The notes under the pieces: model-generated
Databases searched by the model: none
What the model was told of the DNA's origin: nothing
The model's input: only the letters and a program-made list of their open reading frames with translations
Shown: one piece after another, positions 40,340-49,230 of the stretch
Position numbering within the stretch: the first letter of the stretch is position 1
Layout: each line of letters begins with the position of its first letter
Translations under genes and position numbers: made by a program
Assembly (NCBI GenBank): GCA_044344795.1
Contig: JBIJCF010000002.1
Location: 15,562 to 79,561 of the forward strand
Reading direction: 5' to 3'
Length of the DNA: 64,000 nt
Source of the DNA: Bacteroidia bacterium
Lineage (GTDB): Bacteria; Bacteroidota; Bacteroidia; Palsa-965

Positions 40340-40734
40340 TGTTGTTTTTGTACGGATAATACCATGTCGAGTTTCAAATCATTACCGATTTGCATGACAT
40401 CAGCAAGATCTTGAACGGTTAACGATTTATCGAGTTGAAGAATAATTTTAGATGTATTCTTCGCTTTGGTTTCTCCCTGCAACACGGGAGCTAACATATC
40501 GAATGGAACTTTATTGTTGTTCACGTAATAATCGTGGTTTGCATCAACTGCCAGAGTTACCTTGCCGCTATTCAGTGTAGATGGACTTTTAGAGCTGGGT
40601 AAACTCAACTTAATAACGTTCGGATTAACCAGGGTAGAAAGAATGATGAAAAACAACAACAGGAAAAACATGATGTCGTTCAACGATTCCGTGAACACCT
40701 CCGCACTTTCTTTATGTCTTCCGCGAAGTTTCAT
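40336..40734 (-). CDS. exbD: Biopolymer transport protein ExbD/TolR
   Basis: Single N-terminal TM segment (IMFFLLLFFIILS) and the ExbD fold. 132 aa. Confidence 0.8.
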   Translation of the reverse strand: MKLRGRHKESAEVFTESLNDIMFFLLLFFIILSTLVNPNVIKLSLPSSKSPSTLNSGKVTLAVDANHDYYVNNNKVPFDMLAPVLQGETKAKNTSKIILQLDKSLTVQDLADVMQIGNDLKLDMVLSVQKQQ

Positions 40735-40736
40735 GT

Positions 40737-41474
40737 TTATTTTTCAGGTTCGTTAATCAAATCTAAAAACTCCAGACTCGCACGTTCTACTTTACCTGCA
40801 ATACCGTCAACACTGGAGTTTAACAAATGGTAGAACAGGAAGGAGATGACACCGATAATCAGACCGGCTCCCGATGAAACCATCTTCTGATATAAACCAC
40901 CGGAAATTGTTTTAATACTAATATCCCCGCTCAAAGAAATGTCGTAGAAAATGGTAACAACCCCGGCAATAGTTCCGATGAAACCTAGCATCGGAGCAAT
41001 GCGTGCAATTAGCGATAAGTAATGTAGGTTCTTTTCTACACGTGCAATTTCAACGCGTCCATGTGTTTCCATGGCTTCCGATACTTCACGTGTTGGTTTG
41101 CCTAGACGAGAAATTCCTTTTTCGATAGTGCGTGATACCGGAGAATTTACCGATTTGCAATATTCTCTGGCAGTGTCAATTTTACCATTGAGGATGTAGT
41201 CTTTTACATTGTGCATCAAATTCGCATCCGTCTTTCTCGCTTTCGAAATAATGATCAAACGCTCGATAGCGAAATAAATGGCTAACAACAAAAAGATGAA
41301 CAATGGAATCATTACCCATCCGCCTTTCAAGACGAGGCTTAACGGAGAAATAACTTCCTGTGCATTTGTGGCAGCAGCTGTAACAGCGCCCGATGCAGAA
41401 GTAATGCCGGTGTTCGCGACGGTTCCGTTCGAGTCGGCGGCTGCACCTGCTTGCAATAAAATACCTAATAACAT
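40737..41474 (-). CDS. exbB: MotA/TolQ/ExbB proton-channel protein
   Basis: 3-TM topology with the conserved ExbB C-terminal TM pair. 245 aa. Confidence 0.8.
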   Translation of the reverse strand: MLLGILLQAGAAADSNGTVANTGITSASGAVTAAATNAQEVISPLSLVLKGGWVMIPLFIFLLLAIYFAIERLIIISKARKTDANLMHNVKDYILNGKIDTAREYCKSVNSPVSRTIEKGISRLGKPTREVSEAMETHGRVEIARVEKNLHYLSLIARIAPMLGFIGTIAGVVTIFYDISLSGDISIKTISGGLYQKMVSSGAGLIIGVISFLFYHLLNSSVDGIAGKVERASLEFLDLINEPEK

Positions 41475-41526
41475 ATCGGTAGTATTTGATAGTATAACGA
41501 CAAACTATCCTCGAAAGTATCTGAAA

Positions 41527-41591
41527 TAAAAAGGCCTGTCTGCCAACACTAAGTTCTGTTATCAACAGTCAAGTGTTTATTGCAGACAGGC
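41527..41591 (-). terminator. Putative terminator with a long loop, after the second tonB
   Basis: 10-bp stem gcctgtctgc/gcagacaggc followed by CTTTTTATTT on the minus strand. The large ~38-nt loop has its own inner stem. Confidence 0.35.
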
Positions 41592-41624
41592 ACGGAGGCA
41601 AGAACCGCTTAATTTTTCAGGTTG

Positions 41625-42425
41625 TTATTTGCGTAATTTAAAAGTGATGGGTTTGCGATATAAATATTCAACGGCTTCTCCTCCATCTTTCGCCGGCTTC
41701 CACGCCGGCATTTGTTTCATGACACGAAGGGCTTCGCGGTTTAGTTCCGGATGTGCACCTTTTGCCACTTTTACATCACGATAGTTGCCTTTGGTGTCAA
41801 CGATAAACTCAATCCACACCGTTCCCTCCAAACCAACTTCCTTGCACATGGTCGGATATTTCAGGCTCTTAACCAAAAATGGATCCAGCTCATCGTTGGT
41901 TGGAGGTGTGTCGCTATAACTAACTAAGCGTGGTTTCAATTCGGCCGTGTCGGCCGGAGGACATTCCAAACAAGTACCTGTTCCTGTTCCTGATGTTCCC
42001 GTTCCTCCTTCATTACCGTTGGTCGATTTTCCCGCGTCGGAATTGGTAATGGTAGTGGTTACCTGTTGATTTGTGATTTGCGGCGTAGTGAGATCTTTCA
42101 TGTCCACCGGTCCTTTCGGCGTTGTGGCCATATCACGCACAGGCTTAGTTTTAGGTTGCTCAATTTTAGGTTGCTCAATGTTGCCTACAGGTGGAATTTC
42201 CGGAGGAAATTGTGTGCTGTAATCTTCCGCCGGAAAAAAGTCTCTTGTAGCATTTAATTTGGAGTAAGCCCAAATTCCTGCTGTAAAAATGAACACGCTA
42301 GTGAATACCGCAATGATTACTCTTCTGCCGTATTGTTTGCGCAGCTGGTAGGCTCCATACGATTTGTGCCTGTTCTCGAAAACGAGATCGTTGAATGAAT
42401 CCGAAAGGACGAAGCGATTGTCCAT
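41625..42425 (-). CDS. tonB: Energy transducer TonB
   Basis: N-terminus ...HKSYGAYQLRKQYGRRVIIAVFTSV (anchor), Pro-rich spacer, C-terminal TonB domain (...AKGAHPELNREALRVMKQMPAWKPAKDGGEAVEY). Confidence 0.75.
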   Translation of the reverse strand: MDNRFVLSDSFNDLVFENRHKSYGAYQLRKQYGRRVIIAVFTSVFIFTAGIWAYSKLNATRDFFPAEDYSTQFPPEIPPVGNIEQPKIEQPKTKPVRDMATTPKGPVDMKDLTTPQITNQQVTTTITNSDAGKSTNGNEGGTGTSGTGTGTCLECPPADTAELKPRLVSYSDTPPTNDELDPFLVKSLKYPTMCKEVGLEGTVWIEFIVDTKGNYRDVKVAKGAHPELNREALRVMKQMPAWKPAKDGGEAVEYLYRKPITFKLRK

Positions 42426-42675
42426 GTCTTTGGTGTTTTAAGTTTGACATTTTTTTCTCCCGATCAAAACAGTCGTAATGCAACTATTTATCGGGGTCGC
42501 TCAAGTCCGGGGAATGTTACTGCACGCGTTCAGTATATCAGGATGCGGATGAGAGTAGACGTTGTACCATACGTTGCGTTATTTGGTTCTTCTACGCAAT
42601 GGTACGCCTGTGGTTACGCGAACACAACCCGCAATTGATAAGTGGAACAGCAATAACAATAAGTGGAATGAAGTG

Positions 42676-43788
42676 TTACTGTTTCTCTAAATGAACAGTA
42701 GTTGTAGGGAATGCAAAACTTACACCATGTCGATGCATGATCTCCATAATTTTGAAATTCACTTCTTCGCGAACCTGTAAATTGTTGGAGAAGTCTATGA
42801 GTTTAATGAAGTACATTAGTTGAATGTCAATAGAAGAAGCACTAAAGTTGAACAAACTCACACGACCTTCTTCTTGTACAAGATCTTCCCGTGAATCGAT
42901 ATAACTGCGCAAATCGTCCATGACGGATTTGATTTTTTCCGGAGGAGTTGAATACGTTACCCCTATAGTGGTGATAACACGACGTGAATTGCGTTTACTC
43001 ACATTGTAAATTTCGTTCTCCACCATTTTTCGGTTGGGGACGGTAATATAGGTGCTGTCTTCTGCACGAATACGCGTGCTGCGAAAACCAATACGATCGA
43101 TCGTGCCCACTTGATTATTAGGTAGTAGAATATTCTCGCCAACAGAAAACGGTTTATCGAGGAAAACTGTGAAACTTCCAATGAGATTTTCTAAACTCTC
43201 TTTTGCTGCTAATGCTACTGCAATACCACCAATTCCCAAACCTGCAATCAACGAGGCAACATTCATGTCGAAGATGCTGCCCAGCATTATGAAAATGGCT
43301 AGAATAACAATGATGACTTTAATCGCTTCACGCAAAAAGGGAACTAATTGATCGTCTGCAGTAGATTCGGTTTTAGAAGCACGATGCAACAAGATTAAAC
43401 CAAAGAAATCTGTGATGCGCAGCAACAACCAGGTAATGGCAATACCAATCATCAACGCCACCAGTTTGGAGCTGATCATGGCTACGCCGAATTCTTCTTT
43501 GGGTGCTAACTTCCACGCGGCAGGCCACTGCAGATAGTTTTCCGCAATGGACAACGCAATTAAAAACAACAGCAAATTCCAAGGCTTGCGTACCAGGTCA
43601 AATAATTTCTGGAAACCGATTTCCTCTTTTTCCTTGCGTTGAAAAAAACGAAACAAAAGCTTTGTAAGTCCTTTTGCAATTAGCGTGCGAACCAGAAGTG
43701 CGAATAATACAATCAACGCGAAGGTTACCCAATCCTGCACGGTATTGGGCGCAATAAAAACTTTCGATGCGATTGATTTAATATCCAT
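42676..43788 (-). CDS. Small-conductance mechanosensitive channel (MscS family)
   Basis: TM3 plus beta-domain signature ...GSFTVFLDKPFSVGENILLPNNQVGTIDRIGFRSTRIRAEDSTYITVPN. 370 aa. Confidence 0.8.
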   Translation of the reverse strand: MDIKSIASKVFIAPNTVQDWVTFALIVLFALLVRTLIAKGLTKLLFRFFQRKEKEEIGFQKLFDLVRKPWNLLLFLIALSIAENYLQWPAAWKLAPKEEFGVAMISSKLVALMIGIAITWLLLRITDFFGLILLHRASKTESTADDQLVPFLREAIKVIIVILAIFIMLGSIFDMNVASLIAGLGIGGIAVALAAKESLENLIGSFTVFLDKPFSVGENILLPNNQVGTIDRIGFRSTRIRAEDSTYITVPNRKMVENEIYNVSKRNSRRVITTIGVTYSTPPEKIKSVMDDLRSYIDSREDLVQEEGRVSLFNFSASSIDIQLMYFIKLIDFSNNLQVREEVNFKIMEIMHRHGVSFAFPTTTVHLEKQ

Positions 43789-43790
43789 GG

Positions 43791-45041
43791 TTATAACAAT
43801 GATTTTAATGCGCGTGTAAATGCCGCTTTAGCAATATGTGACTTATCGGAATGCTCGGCACGTGTAGCTTGTAATGCCTTTTTAATCGTCTCCGAAACAT
43901 CACTAAAAATAGCTTCATCGTTAACAACGGCATTGTCTTGCATGAGATATGCGAACACACGTGCCATCCCGCAATTCGCTATGAAGTCCGGAATGATGCT
44001 GACTTTCTCATCAGCAAACTCTCCGGTTGGTCCGAAGAAAATTTCAGGATCTGCAAACGGAACATTCGCACCGCATGAAATAACTTCAAGTCCGTTATTG
44101 ATCATAGTTTGTAACTGCTCTTTGGTTACCAAACGTGACGCAGCTGCAGGAATAAATATTTCCGCACCACAAGACCATACTTGCTGCTGTATTTCCTCTG
44201 ACGGCAATATATTCGCAGCAATTAACTGATTACCTTTTTTATTGATGAACAATTCACGCACTGCAGGGAAATCAAATCCTGCGGTGTTGATGAGTCCGCC
44301 GTTACGGTCAATAATTCCGGTAATCTTTACACCATCCTGAGCCAGATAATATGCCGCTGCCGCCGCCACATTTCCCCACCCCTGGATGATCGCACGCTTA
44401 CCCGCAAGTTCTCCGCCCCAAAGGCTGTAATAGTGTTTCACAGCTTCCGCAACTCCGTAGCCTGTGATCATATCAGCAACTGTAAATCCTTCGCCGGGAA
44501 CAAAACGGCTATCGATCACTTTTTTAATCACACCGGCACGCAGTTGTTCTATGCGTTTTGCTTTACCTGCCGCCATCGCTCCGAAATGTCCGTTTACAAC
44601 TCCTTCTTGCGGATGCAAAAGCCCTAACTCTTCTGTAACGGGAATCACTTCATGAATTTCATCCACATTCAAGTCGCCGCCGGTGCCATAATAATTTTTC
44701 AGCAACGGCATTACTGCCTTGAACCAGCGCTGCAGCACGCCTGCTTTACGCGGATCTGCAGGGTCGAAGTTAATTCCGGATTTTGCTCCTCCGATCGGTG
44801 GACCTGCTACGGTAAACTTCACTTCCATCGTTTTGGCCAACGATTCCACTTCACGTTTATCCAACCCTTTGCGCATACGTGTTCCGCCACCTGCTGCACC
44901 GCCGCGAAGAGAATTGATAACTACCCATCCTTCTGCCTCCGTTTCGGCATCTTTCCATTCAAATACAATTTCGGGGCGCTTGTTTTCGTACTGGTGAAGT
45001 AGGTCTTTCATATCGGTTTTTTCTAAGCGGTAAAAGTACAA
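43791..45041 (-). CDS. Glu/Leu/Phe/Val-family amino-acid dehydrogenase (glutamate dehydrogenase-like)
   Basis: GGAKSGINFDP active-site region and a Rossmann GWGNVAAAAA. The start may be the internal MKDLL. Confidence 0.75.
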   Translation of the reverse strand: MYFYRLEKTDMKDLLHQYENKRPEIVFEWKDAETEAEGWVVINSLRGGAAGGGTRMRKGLDKREVESLAKTMEVKFTVAGPPIGGAKSGINFDPADPRKAGVLQRWFKAVMPLLKNYYGTGGDLNVDEIHEVIPVTEELGLLHPQEGVVNGHFGAMAAGKAKRIEQLRAGVIKKVIDSRFVPGEGFTVADMITGYGVAEAVKHYYSLWGGELAGKRAIIQGWGNVAAAAAYYLAQDGVKITGIIDRNGGLINTAGFDFPAVRELFINKKGNQLIAANILPSEEIQQQVWSCGAEIFIPAAASRLVTKEQLQTMINNGLEVISCGANVPFADPEIFFGPTGEFADEKVSIIPDFIANCGMARVFAYLMQDNAVVNDEAIFSDVSETIKKALQATRAEHSDKSHIAKAAFTRALKSLL

Positions 45042-45158
45042 ATTGATTGGTGAAGAAATGGTTGCTAAAAATCATTTGCAGATTCGATAAATTCTGTAAA
45101 ATTGTCCCCACAAAAGTTCGGAACAAACTCTTGTCATTCACATCTGCAACTGCAAAAG

Positions 45159-45443
45159 ATGAAAAAACAAGTTAAATCAACAAAGTCCGCAGCCGTTAAA
45201 CCTACGGCTCCTGCGAAGAAAGGAAAGACTTCCGGAAAGAAACGGAACGATGAAGAATTGGATGATGAAGATCTTCCTGAAGAATCAGAAGACGATGATG
45301 ACATCGTTGATGATTTCGAAAACGCGGATGATGATGATTCGTCAAGCAAAGATGATGATCCGGATATTGAAGGAGATGTGAAGTTTGATGACTTCGATTT
45401 AGACGACGACGATGATGAGTTTTATGACGACGATCGTTTCTAG
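45159..45443 (+). CDS. Hypothetical small protein with a Lys-rich N-terminus and an extreme Asp/Glu-rich C-terminal tail
   Basis: MKKQVKSTKSAAVKPTAPAKKGKTSGKKR... followed by more than 50 residues that are mostly D/E. The track ORF starts at 45102. Confidence 0.45.
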   Translation: MKKQVKSTKSAAVKPTAPAKKGKTSGKKRNDEELDDEDLPEESEDDDDIVDDFENADDDDSSSKDDDPDIEGDVKFDDFDLDDDDDEFYDDDRF

Positions 45444-45454
45444 AGATATTTTAA

Positions 45455-45478
45455 AGACTGCTGCGGCAGTCTTTTTTT
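45455..45478 (+). terminator. Rho-independent terminator
   Basis: agactgc-tgcg-gcagtct followed by TTTTTTT. Confidence 0.7.
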
Positions 45479-46526
45479 ATGCAAGATAAATTGCTCCTCC
45501 TATAGAATCTTTGCTGGCGCCGGTCACACTTTTTAAGGTATTAATTCGATTGTTTATGCGTAGCCAACCGAGATATGCAAAGATCAACGCTTCCTTAAAA
45601 CATACAATTTGATCGGTAGGTATTTCTACTTTACACCGTGTTTGCTCGCGAATACGCTGCATTAGAAATGTGTTGAATGCTCCACCGCCGGCAACAATCA
45701 CGCTTTTACGACCATTAACAGCCTGTGCAATTTGAAACGCAGCATGCTCTGTGCAGGTGCGCAACAAATCGGCAGTAGGCAATGTTTCCAGCAACAAGTG
45801 TCGAATCTCTTGTTCTACCCATTCTCGCCCCAACGATTTCGGAAACTTCATTTTGTAAAAATCAAGATTGTTTAATTGCGCGAGAAGTGCAGGAATGACA
45901 ACTCCACTTTGCGCAATGGCTCCACCTGCATCATAACTCATATGAAGTCGTGATGACAATGCGTTCAATATGTAGTTCGCAGGACAAATATCTCCTGCAA
46001 CACGAATTCCGTTTTCCTCAAAGGAAATATTAGCGAACCCGCCAATGTTCAGGCAAGCATCGTAGTTGCCAAAAAGTAACTGATCACCAATCGGAACTAA
46101 TGGCGCGCCTTGTCCACCCAAGGCAACATCTAAGGAGCGAAAATCACAAATAGCCGGTAGTCCGCAAGCCGCAGCAATCGCCGATCCGTGACCAATTTGT
46201 AAAGTATATCCGTTTTTAGGAGCGTGAAATATAGTGTGACCGTGCGAAGCAACGGCAGTTACAGTTTTATCTTTTAAATGCTGATCAATAAATCGGGCAA
46301 CATGTTCTCCAATAAGTCTTCCGTAAACTCTATCGATCTCTGTTAAACGAACGCCGCTGCATGTTTCAGCTTCTTTTAAAAGTGCGATCGTTGCATCATC
46401 ATAAGCAATAGTTTCTGCCTTAATAATTTCAAAGGAGGTATCGGAAGCGAATGTGCATGCACAAATGTCTAGCCCGTCTAAGGAAGTGCCGGACATAACT
46501 CCAATTAAGACGTTGGATTGAGCCAT
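45477..46526 (-). CDS. anmK: Anhydro-N-acetylmuramic acid kinase
   Basis: GVMSGTSLDGLD N-terminal motif. 349 aa. Confidence 0.85.
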   Translation of the reverse strand: MAQSNVLIGVMSGTSLDGLDICACTFASDTSFEIIKAETIAYDDATIALLKEAETCSGVRLTEIDRVYGRLIGEHVARFIDQHLKDKTVTAVASHGHTIFHAPKNGYTLQIGHGSAIAAACGLPAICDFRSLDVALGGQGAPLVPIGDQLLFGNYDACLNIGGFANISFEENGIRVAGDICPANYILNALSSRLHMSYDAGGAIAQSGVVIPALLAQLNNLDFYKMKFPKSLGREWVEQEIRHLLLETLPTADLLRTCTEHAAFQIAQAVNGRKSVIVAGGGAFNTFLMQRIREQTRCKVEIPTDQIVCFKEALIFAYLGWLRINNRINTLKSVTGASKDSIGGAIYLA

Positions 46527-46648
46527 GGTTAAAGGTGCAATTATTTCATCGAATTACGGTCTAAAATTAAGCACCGGAAAGAACCTCATTAGGGTGTTTC
46601 GGTTATATTTGTCAGCTATTTAAGTTTAACATTTAATACCGTAATACC

Positions 46649-47788
46649 ATGCATTTCGACTTGACAGAAGAACATTTGATGATTCAAAAAGCTGCACGTG
46701 ATTTTGCGCAGAATGAATTAAAGCCGGGAGTGATTGAGCGCGATGAGCATCAAAAGTTCCCTACAGAGTATGTAAAGAAAATGGGAGAGCTAGGATTCCT
46801 CGGAATGATGGTAGATCCTAAGTACGGCGGCGGGGGAATGGACACAATTTCCTACGTGTTGGCGATGGAAGAAATTTCCAAAGTTGATGCGTCTTGTTCC
46901 GTGATCATGTCGGTGAACAACTCATTGGTTTGTTGGGGACTTGAGCAGTTCGGAACAGAAGAGCAAAAGCAAAAGTATTTGGTGCCATTGGCAAAAGGAG
47001 AAATCATTGGTGCATTCTGTTTATCAGAACCTGAAGCAGGATCCGATGCCACTTCTCAACGCACTACTGCGATTGACAAAGGTGATCACTACTTGTTGAA
47101 CGGTACTAAGAATTGGATTACCAATGGTAATAGTGCTTCCGTTTATTTGGTTATTGCACAGACGGATATTGATAAAGGACACAAAGGAATCAACGCGTTT
47201 ATTGTGGAGAAGGACATGCCCGGATTTGAAGTTGGACCTAAGGAAAACAAAATGGGTATCCGCGCTTCCGACACACACTCATTAATGTTTACGGATGTTA
47301 AAGTGCCAAAAGAAAATCGCATCGGTGAAGATGGTTTCGGATTTAAGTTCGCTATGAAGACATTAACCGGAGGTCGCATCGGTATTGCATCTCAGGCATT
47401 GGGTATTGCTTCAGGTGCTTACGAATTGGCCTTAGCATATTCCAAGGAACGTAAAGCTTTCGGTAAACTAATTCATCAGCATCAGGCTATTGCATTTAAG
47501 TTGGCTGATATGGCTACCGAAATTGAAGCTGCGCGTTTGTTGTGTTTGAAAGCTGCTTGGCAGAAGGACAACGGTCATGATTACACCATCACTAGTGCGA
47601 TGGCTAAGTTGTATGCCTCACGCGTTGCAATGTGGGTAACTACTGAAGCCGTACAGGTTCATGGCGGTTACGGTTTCGTAAAAGAATACCATGTAGAGCG
47701 ATTGATGCGCGATGCAAAAATCACACAGATTTACGAAGGAACTAGCGAGGTACAAAAGATTGTAATCTCTCGTGGTGTATTAGGTTAA
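46649..47788 (+). CDS. Acyl-CoA dehydrogenase (short/branched-chain type)
   Basis: Conserved ACAD segments (GGRIGIASQALGIA, YEGTSEVQ). 379 aa. Confidence 0.85.
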   Translation: MHFDLTEEHLMIQKAARDFAQNELKPGVIERDEHQKFPTEYVKKMGELGFLGMMVDPKYGGGGMDTISYVLAMEEISKVDASCSVIMSVNNSLVCWGLEQFGTEEQKQKYLVPLAKGEIIGAFCLSEPEAGSDATSQRTTAIDKGDHYLLNGTKNWITNGNSASVYLVIAQTDIDKGHKGINAFIVEKDMPGFEVGPKENKMGIRASDTHSLMFTDVKVPKENRIGEDGFGFKFAMKTLTGGRIGIASQALGIASGAYELALAYSKERKAFGKLIHQHQAIAFKLADMATEIEAARLLCLKAAWQKDNGHDYTITSAMAKLYASRVAMWVTTEAVQVHGGYGFVKEYHVERLMRDAKITQIYEGTSEVQKIVISRGVLG

Positions 47789-47808
47789 GAACACGGTTCA
47801 ATATAAGT

Positions 47809-47846
47809 AAAGGCGATCATCATAGAGATGATCGCCTTTTGTTTTG
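47809..47846. terminator. Bidirectional rho-independent terminator between the acyl-CoA dehydrogenase gene and murF
   Basis: aaggcgatcatc...gatgatcgcctt followed by TTTGTTTTG. Confidence 0.65.
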
Positions 47847-47858
47847 TAACATGTTCTA

Positions 47859-49169
47859 TTACTTCAACGCTTCGGCAATGATTTCCATTTTTACACCGCG
47901 TGAACCTTTGATGAGAATTAATGCGTCTTGAGGTGCCAGTTTAGAAATGTATTCTTTGGCAGCGGTTGAATTGCTTAGTTTCACAGCTGATGGATGTTGC
48001 ACTTTTGCAAAATGGTCTCCGACAAAAATAATTTGTGTATTAGGCAACTTTTGCGTCAGGTAGTCGGCAATTTTTTGATGTTCTTGCGCTGATTGATCCC
48101 CGAGTTCAAACATATCACCAAGCAAAGCAATTTTATTTGCTGCCGGCATGATGGATAAGTTATCTATGGCAGCAACCATGCTGGAAGGATTCGCGTTGTA
48201 GCAATCCACAATTACTTTGTTGCTACCTATAGCTTCCAGTTGCGAACGCTGATTAGACGGAACGTAAGTTGCTATAGCTTCTTCGATTTCATTCATATCA
48301 ACACTCAAATGCATTCCAACAGCAGTAGCAGCCAACATATTGTTTAGGTTGTATGCACCAATCATTTGAGTCTTTACCTCGCGTCGTTCCATATTTCTCC
48401 AACTCCACGAATAGGTGACCGTGGGCGTTGCACCGATTAATGTGCCATGAACTTCCGCATTTTCGTTTTGCCCATAGGTATGAACGTGCGCGTAATTCAT
48501 GTAATCGGATAAACGAACATCATCATTCAGAATGAACAATGTTTTGTTGTTGTTCATCAGATGACGAAATAGTTCTGTTTTCCCTTTAAGCACGCCTTCC
48601 TCACCGCCAAAGCCTTCCAAATGCGCCAAACCGATATTGGTGATTAATCCATAATCGGGGAGGGCAAGTTCACACAGTTCTTGTATTTCACCTTGATGAT
48701 TGGCGCCCATTTCAATCACCGCAATTTCATGGTTGTTGTTTAAGCGCAACAATGTTAATGGCACACCAATATGATTGTTCAAATTGCCGATAGTAGCGAG
48801 TGTATTATATTGTCTGCTTAATACACGTGCCAGTAATTCTTTCGTGGAAGTTTTTCCGTTGCTTCCGGTTAAGGCAACTACACGCAATCCATGTTCGCCT
48901 AAAGTTTGACGATGTAATCGCGCTATCTGTTGTAATGCTTTCAAAACATCATCGACGAGTAGACAATTAGCATTGTGATCCTCTCGCGATTCATCAACAA
49001 CTGCAAACGCTGCTCCTTTTGATAATGCATCCGACGCAAAGTCATTTCCGTTAAAATTCGCCCCTTTCAATGCAAAGAATATGCATCCTTGAGAAATCGT
49101 GCGCGTGTCGGTGGAAACTTCCGGATGCTGGAGGAAGATGTCGTAAAGTTGTTCTATAGAAGTTTTCAT
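47859..49169 (-). CDS. murF: UDP-N-acetylmuramoyl-tripeptide--D-alanyl-D-alanine ligase
   Basis: TGSNGKTSTKE P-loop; Mur ligase family. Start taken at MKTSIEQLYDIF; the track ORF runs to 49187. Confidence 0.85.
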   Translation of the reverse strand: MKTSIEQLYDIFLQHPEVSTDTRTISQGCIFFALKGANFNGNDFASDALSKGAAFAVVDESREDHNANCLLVDDVLKALQQIARLHRQTLGEHGLRVVALTGSNGKTSTKELLARVLSRQYNTLATIGNLNNHIGVPLTLLRLNNNHEIAVIEMGANHQGEIQELCELALPDYGLITNIGLAHLEGFGGEEGVLKGKTELFRHLMNNNKTLFILNDDVRLSDYMNYAHVHTYGQNENAEVHGTLIGATPTVTYSWSWRNMERREVKTQMIGAYNLNNMLAATAVGMHLSVDMNEIEEAIATYVPSNQRSQLEAIGSNKVIVDCYNANPSSMVAAIDNLSIMPAANKIALLGDMFELGDQSAQEHQKIADYLTQKLPNTQIIFVGDHFAKVQHPSAVKLSNSTAAKEYISKLAPQDALILIKGSRGVKMEIIAEALK

Positions 49170-49230
49170 AAAAAAGAAACGCTCCAAGTTACGAATAACG
49201 AGGAGCGTTTAATTTGTTTGATATCAAGAG

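Noticed and set aside
39780-40397. 205-aa plus-strand ORF rich in Pro/Gly/Ser
   Set aside because: It is antisense to the low-complexity linker of the TonB-like gene 39518..40339. Its composition is the complement of that linker, so I do not take it as a real gene.
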